Positions 60,239 to 64,000 of a DNA stretch of 64,000 bases are shown one piece after another. The stretch is from NCBI GenBank assembly GCA_030583785.1, contig CP129475.1:159559-223558 (forward strand). The letters are read 5' to 3'. A program made the translations under genes and the position numbers. The notes beneath the pieces were generated by a model. That model was not told the DNA's origin. It made no database searches and saw only the letters and a program-made list of their open reading frames with translations. Positions within the stretch are counted from its first letter, which is position 1. Each line of letters opens with the position of its first letter. Source of the stretch: Candidatus Dojkabacteria bacterium (GTDB taxonomy: Bacteria > Patescibacteriota > Dojkabacteria > B142 > OLB20).

Positions 60239-61282
60239 TTGCCATTCAAATACAACATCGACAACACAGTTCTTAATATCCTCAGCAGATTCTATGAACT
60301 CCATGGTGCCATTTATGCTAGCCTGCATTTACTTCCCGGTGATATTCTTAAAGATCTAACCGAAAAAACATCTGAACTCGCCGCTTTTGCAGCTGTAACG
60401 AAGAATACCAATCTTATTCGCGAGGCAGGCTCAGAACTTATTCAAAATAGCATTCTAAGCCAGGTCCCAATTGAAAGAAGGCTTTACTATAAACAATACC
60501 TACATATCCTCAAGGATTTTAAAAAGATGGTGGTAACACCAGAATTCAACAACGATTTTATTGTCAACTTACATCGCCATGTACTGGGCAGAGATGAAAA
60601 CAACGCTCATTTTCGCACAGCACGAAAAAAACTTTCTGCAGAATATATCGAAGATGGAATTCACTACACAGTTAATTCAGAAGTAAAAACATCACCAGAC
60701 GACATAGAAACCAAGCTTGAAAGTTTTGTGGAGTGGCTTAACGCCAATTACAACAGCGAGAACCCAATTATTCTTGCAGCAATGACATATTTTCAGATCG
60801 CAGCAATTCATCCATTTCAAAGAGCTAATGGAAGAATGTCTAAGCTGCTTGCTCGTAGAATACTATACAGTAACGCAATCGACCCAAGATTAGTATTGTC
60901 AATTGACGACTATTTTGTACTGCATCAGCATTATTACTACAAAGTTATTGAAAGAGCAATTAATAGCCTCGATCTAACAGAGTGGATAGAATTCTTTGCA
61001 AAAGCGATGCTACATTCCGCCATGCAAACTTGTGATTTGCTAAAACAACTTTCTGGAGGTTCAATTGATATTAAAAGGCAAAGGTATATCAATCTTACTC
61101 CCAGAGAAATTCGAGCACTTAGAATAATAATGAACGAGAACAGTGTCAGCGGTTCATACATAGCCAAAAAATTAAAAACCAGTCGTCAGAATGTTCACGA
61201 GATAATAAAATCACTAATTGATAAAGGACTTATCGCCAAAAAAGGAAAAAACACTGGCACAAGATATGTATATTCCCAGTAA
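60239..61282 (+). CDS. Fic-family protein with C-terminal winged-helix domain
   Basis: 'AAIHPFQRANGRMSKLLA' (HPFx[D/E]GNGR-type Fic motif with Ala for Gly); C-terminal wHTH 'LTPREIRALRII...SRQNVHEIIKSLIDKGLI'. Confidence 0.6.
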   Translation: MPFKYNIDNTVLNILSRFYELHGAIYASLHLLPGDILKDLTEKTSELAAFAAVTKNTNLIREAGSELIQNSILSQVPIERRLYYKQYLHILKDFKKMVVTPEFNNDFIVNLHRHVLGRDENNAHFRTARKKLSAEYIEDGIHYTVNSEVKTSPDDIETKLESFVEWLNANYNSENPIILAAMTYFQIAAIHPFQRANGRMSKLLARRILYSNAIDPRLVLSIDDYFVLHQHYYYKVIERAINSLDLTEWIEFFAKAMLHSAMQTCDLLKQLSGGSIDIKRQRYINLTPREIRALRIIMNENSVSGSYIAKKLKTSRQNVHEIIKSLIDKGLIAKKGKNTGTRYVYSQ

Positions 61283-61338
61283 GTTAAGATTGAAAATTGG
61301 CTTATGGTCGTGTAAAATGTGGATGTTGATGCGAGAGA

Positions 61339-61411
61339 GCGGCGGTAGTTCAGTTGGTAGAACGTCTCGTTGCCAACGAGAAGGTCGCCAGTTCGAACCT
61401 GGTTCGCCGCT
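61339..61411 (+). tRNA. tRNA-Gly (anticodon GCC)
   Basis: Acceptor GCGGCGG/TCGCCGC, D-stem GTTC/GAAC, anticodon stem TCTCG/CGAGA with loop TTGCCAA, T-arm GCCAGTTCGAACCTGGT. Confidence 0.85.
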
Positions 61412-61473
61412 CTCTCGCACCATATAACAAACAGCTTGTATTTCGCTTTCGTCAATCAATATTTTTCTCAATA

Positions 61474-62343
61474 ATGAAACACAAATTTATTGTCAAGCCC
61501 GAAGATTCAGGACTAAGGCTCGACAAATACCTTGCCTTTGAACTGAGCCATATTAAAAGAAGCGATATTAGAGAGCTGATTAACAAAAACTGTGTTCATG
61601 TTAACGGAAAAATTGAATTTCACCCACAATACCGGATTCTTGCTAACGACAATATCAGTTTCTCTGTGCCTGAGAAGCTTGACATCGTACATGCCCGACC
61701 AGTAAAGAATCAAAAGCTGCCGACTCTATCTGTAATTTACGAAGACGATGATATTTTGCTAATCAATAAACCCATTGGCATTCCCACTGACTCCAAAGAT
61801 TTGACCAGTAACGATAGTTTGCTTGCTCAAGTTAAACAATACTTGTATTTAAATGGAATTGACAAATGGGGACAAAACCGAGCAGGTCTTGTTCATAGAC
61901 TAGATAAGGGAACATCTGGAGTAGTAGTATTTGCCAAAAATCCAAAAACTTTGTCGTTACTTGCCACAAGTTTTGCAAATCGAGAGATACAAAAGGAATA
62001 CCTGGCTATAGTCAAAGGAAAGTTCCCGCATTCACAAATTTGCAATGTAAAAATCATGAACAAAGAGGCTCATACCGAATTTTCATTAATTAAATACAGT
62101 CGCAAGCACGATTCCAGCCTTGTGCGCTGTTTACCCAAAACCGGAAGAAAACACCAGATCAGGTTGCATCTCAAATCATTAGGTTATCCAATTGTTGGTG
62201 ACAAACAAAATGGGGGTGGTAGCGCCAAAAGAATGTACTTGCATGCATATTCCTTAACGCTACCTTCAATATTCATCAATTCCAAAAGAAGAAACACAAC
62301 TTATATTGCCAAGCCAACAGGATTGTTTACTAAATTCGCTTGA
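61474..62343 (+). CDS. RluA-family pseudouridine synthase (RluD-like, S4 domain + catalytic domain); start trimmed to ATG after tRNA-Gly
   Basis: 'GLRLDKYL' S4-like N-terminus; 'GLVHRLDKGTSGVVVFAKN' catalytic Asp motif. Confidence 0.75.
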   Translation: MKHKFIVKPEDSGLRLDKYLAFELSHIKRSDIRELINKNCVHVNGKIEFHPQYRILANDNISFSVPEKLDIVHARPVKNQKLPTLSVIYEDDDILLINKPIGIPTDSKDLTSNDSLLAQVKQYLYLNGIDKWGQNRAGLVHRLDKGTSGVVVFAKNPKTLSLLATSFANREIQKEYLAIVKGKFPHSQICNVKIMNKEAHTEFSLIKYSRKHDSSLVRCLPKTGRKHQIRLHLKSLGYPIVGDKQNGGGSAKRMYLHAYSLTLPSIFINSKRRNTTYIAKPTGLFTKFA

Positions 62344-62345
62344 GT

Positions 62346-63269
62346 TTAGTTTTTACTAAACCTTGAATTTGCTCTATCAACAGCATCAGCTGTAATCATA
62401 GCATTCCTAAGTTGAGTGGCAATATCTTCAACTGCTCCGGGACCATGCGGCACAAGTATAGTATTAGAATTTGATCCGATATCTTTAAGTGTGTCAAAGT
62501 ACTGTGTTAGTAAGACAAGATTCATAACCTCTTGTGCTGTCGATCCTGCGATGTTCTTTTGGAAATCTCCTACTGAATCTTTAAGACCATCGATAATTGC
62601 TTTTCTTTGATCGGCAATACCTTTACCTTGCAACGCCTTTGCCTCTGCCTCAGCTTCGGCTGCTTTAACCTTCATAATCTTATCTGCCTCTCCTTTTTCT
62701 GTAGCTGCAACCTTTAGTCTCTCGGCAGCATTGATTTCGTTCATAGCAGTTTTCACTTTTGTATCAGGCTCGATATCTGTGACAAGAGAATTAAGAATTT
62801 CAAAACCGAAGTTCACCATTGTTTCGTTAAGCTCTGCCTTAACTGCAAAAGCAATTTCATCTTTATTCTCAAACAGGTTATCTAGAGTGATCTTTGGAAC
62901 CCTTGCGCGCACAACATCAAAAACATAAGAATTGATCTGCTGGGTTGGATCAACAAGTTTATAAAAGGCATCATAAACTCTTTCTGGAATAATGAAGTAT
63001 TGAATGGACACAATGACATTTACAAACACATTATCTTTTGTTTTTGTTTCTGCACGAACATCTAGTTGCCTGATTCTTAAAGAAACAGTTCCGGCCTTGC
63101 TTTCGATAAATGGTAACTTAAAATTTAGACCAGCTCTGGCAATACGGTTAAAGCGCCCGAATCTTTCAATTATCACCATGCTTTGCTGACCTACTGTGAA
63201 GAAGGTGGAGAAGAATAACACTAACAGAACTAGGGGTAGACACATTAATACTAAAAAGAAGATTTCCAT
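62346..63269 (-). CDS. SPFH/band-7 (stomatin/prohibitin-like) membrane protein
   Basis: N-terminal TM then 'QQSMVIIERFGRFNRIARAGLNFKLPFIE' SPFH core and Ala/Glu-rich coiled coil. Confidence 0.75.
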   Translation of the reverse strand: MEIFFLVLMCLPLVLLVLFFSTFFTVGQQSMVIIERFGRFNRIARAGLNFKLPFIESKAGTVSLRIRQLDVRAETKTKDNVFVNVIVSIQYFIIPERVYDAFYKLVDPTQQINSYVFDVVRARVPKITLDNLFENKDEIAFAVKAELNETMVNFGFEILNSLVTDIEPDTKVKTAMNEINAAERLKVAATEKGEADKIMKVKAAEAEAEAKALQGKGIADQRKAIIDGLKDSVGDFQKNIAGSTAQEVMNLVLLTQYFDTLKDIGSNSNTILVPHGPGAVEDIATQLRNAMITADAVDRANSRFSKN

Positions 63270-63309
63270 TCAATTTGGTTAATAATTAACTGATTATAAC
63301 AAAGAATTA

Positions 63310-64000
63310 TTAATTGACAGCAAATACCTGACTAAAGAAACTTGAAATTGACTTATTTACATCTTCCTTTTTAATCAATTTAGAGTAGTGCCTTGCTCTA
63401 TCCAGCATGTTTTTATCTGCTAGCGCCAGCCTGATTAAACTATGTAATTCATCCATCCTTAGTCGATTTCGACTGATTCGCATACAAATACCTAGCCTTT
63501 CTGCAGCCAGAAGATTTGCTTCCTGTTCTGCCATCATTCCAATACCAATTATCGGTTTACCTGCCTTAATTGCATTCATTATGGTTCCAATTCCTCCATG
63601 TATAAGACTGAGATCGGCAATATCATTGATTATTTGCGCAGGAAACCAATCAGTAACAATTACATTTTCTGGAAAATTGTATTCTTGATCTTTGAAGTAA
63701 CTCTTTGAAGGTGTGATGACAAGATAATCTGTATTACGAAACGATTCAATTATCCCTAGTAGTAGTTCTTTTCTGGCTGAGCTACCCATAGCCAAGTAAA
63801 TTATTTCTTTTCTTCTATCAATATTCTTAACTTGTTTCGGAACATCTCTTTCAATCTCAGCTAAAAGTGGACCGATAAAAAACTCGTTACTCTTTGTTTT
63901 CTGTCTGTTAAACCACAAAGATTCTGCCTGCAATTGATAATCACCTTTCCAAAGTTCTTCAAAATGCTTGAAATTAATAATTTTATACTTCGAAGCGACT
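63310..64000 (-). CDS. GT1-family glycosyltransferase (MGT/UDP-glycosyltransferase-like), 5' end beyond the window
   Basis: C-terminal domain 'LIHGGIGTIMNAIKAGKPIIGIGMMAEQEANL'; the listed ORF begins at a TTG codon and the frame stays open to the window edge. Confidence 0.5.
   Translation of the reverse strand, partial: VASKYKIINFKHFEELWKGDYQLQAESLWFNRQKTKSNEFFIGPLLAEIERDVPKQVKNIDRRKEIIYLAMGSSARKELLLGIIESFRNTDYLVITPSKSYFKDQEYNFPENVIVTDWFPAQIINDIADLSLIHGGIGTIMNAIKAGKPIIGIGMMAEQEANLLAAERLGICMRISRNRLRMDELHSLIRLALADKNMLDRARHYSKLIKKEDVNKSISSFFSQVFAVN

Noticed and set aside
61195-61471. Three overlapping ORFs (61195-61455 -, 61214-61471 -, 61218-61427 +) and the 5' 40 codons of ORF 61354-62343
   Set aside because: They overlap the tRNA-Gly gene and each other. 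The RluD-like gene was trimmed to the first ATG downstream of the tRNA.

Overview
This 64 kb window is AT-rich and densely coded on both strands, and appears to come from a small-genome bacterium. The bacterial identity rests on DnaK/GrpE/HrcA with a CIRCE operator, UvrC, MraY, RecO, an F1Fo ATP synthase operon, DsbB and an LPXTG sortase substrate. The placement in a CPR/Patescibacteria-like lineage is inference, from the many short or truncated housekeeping proteins (HrcA, UvrC, the ATP synthase delta subunit) and the abundance of secreted Cys-rich and Pro/Thr-repeat proteins. Long ORFs are uninterrupted under the standard code. Recognisable content: class II RNR (5' partial), pyrD, a cytidylyltransferase-like enzyme, recO, a CMP-kinase-like P-loop protein, glyS (alpha2-type GlyRS) with a T-box-like leader, a GT28 glycosyltransferase, hrcA-grpE-dnaK with CIRCE, uvrC, mraY, four tRNAs (Thr-CGT, Phe-GAA, Val-TAC, Gly-GCC), a heavy-metal P1B ATPase, a Kef-type antiporter, a second P-type ATPase, and atpIBEF(H)AGDC. 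Directly upstream of the ATP synthase operon is an archaeal-type mevalonate cassette (class I HMGR, HMGCS, thiolase, DUF35). Also present: an ABC transporter, two Fic/wHTH paralogs, an RluD-like pseudouridine synthase, an SPFH protein and a partial GT1. The most unusual loci are (i) a LysW-like zinc-ribbon carrier protein divergent from a ThrC-like/ATP-grasp/NlpC-P60/PP2C operon, (ii) the mevalonate cassette fused to the atp operon, (iii) a tRNA-Val-flanked island of uncharacterised paralogs with a NERD-domain protein, and (iv) two very large uncharacterised proteins, one with a twin-arginine signal. No CRISPR array, transposase or integrase was recognised.
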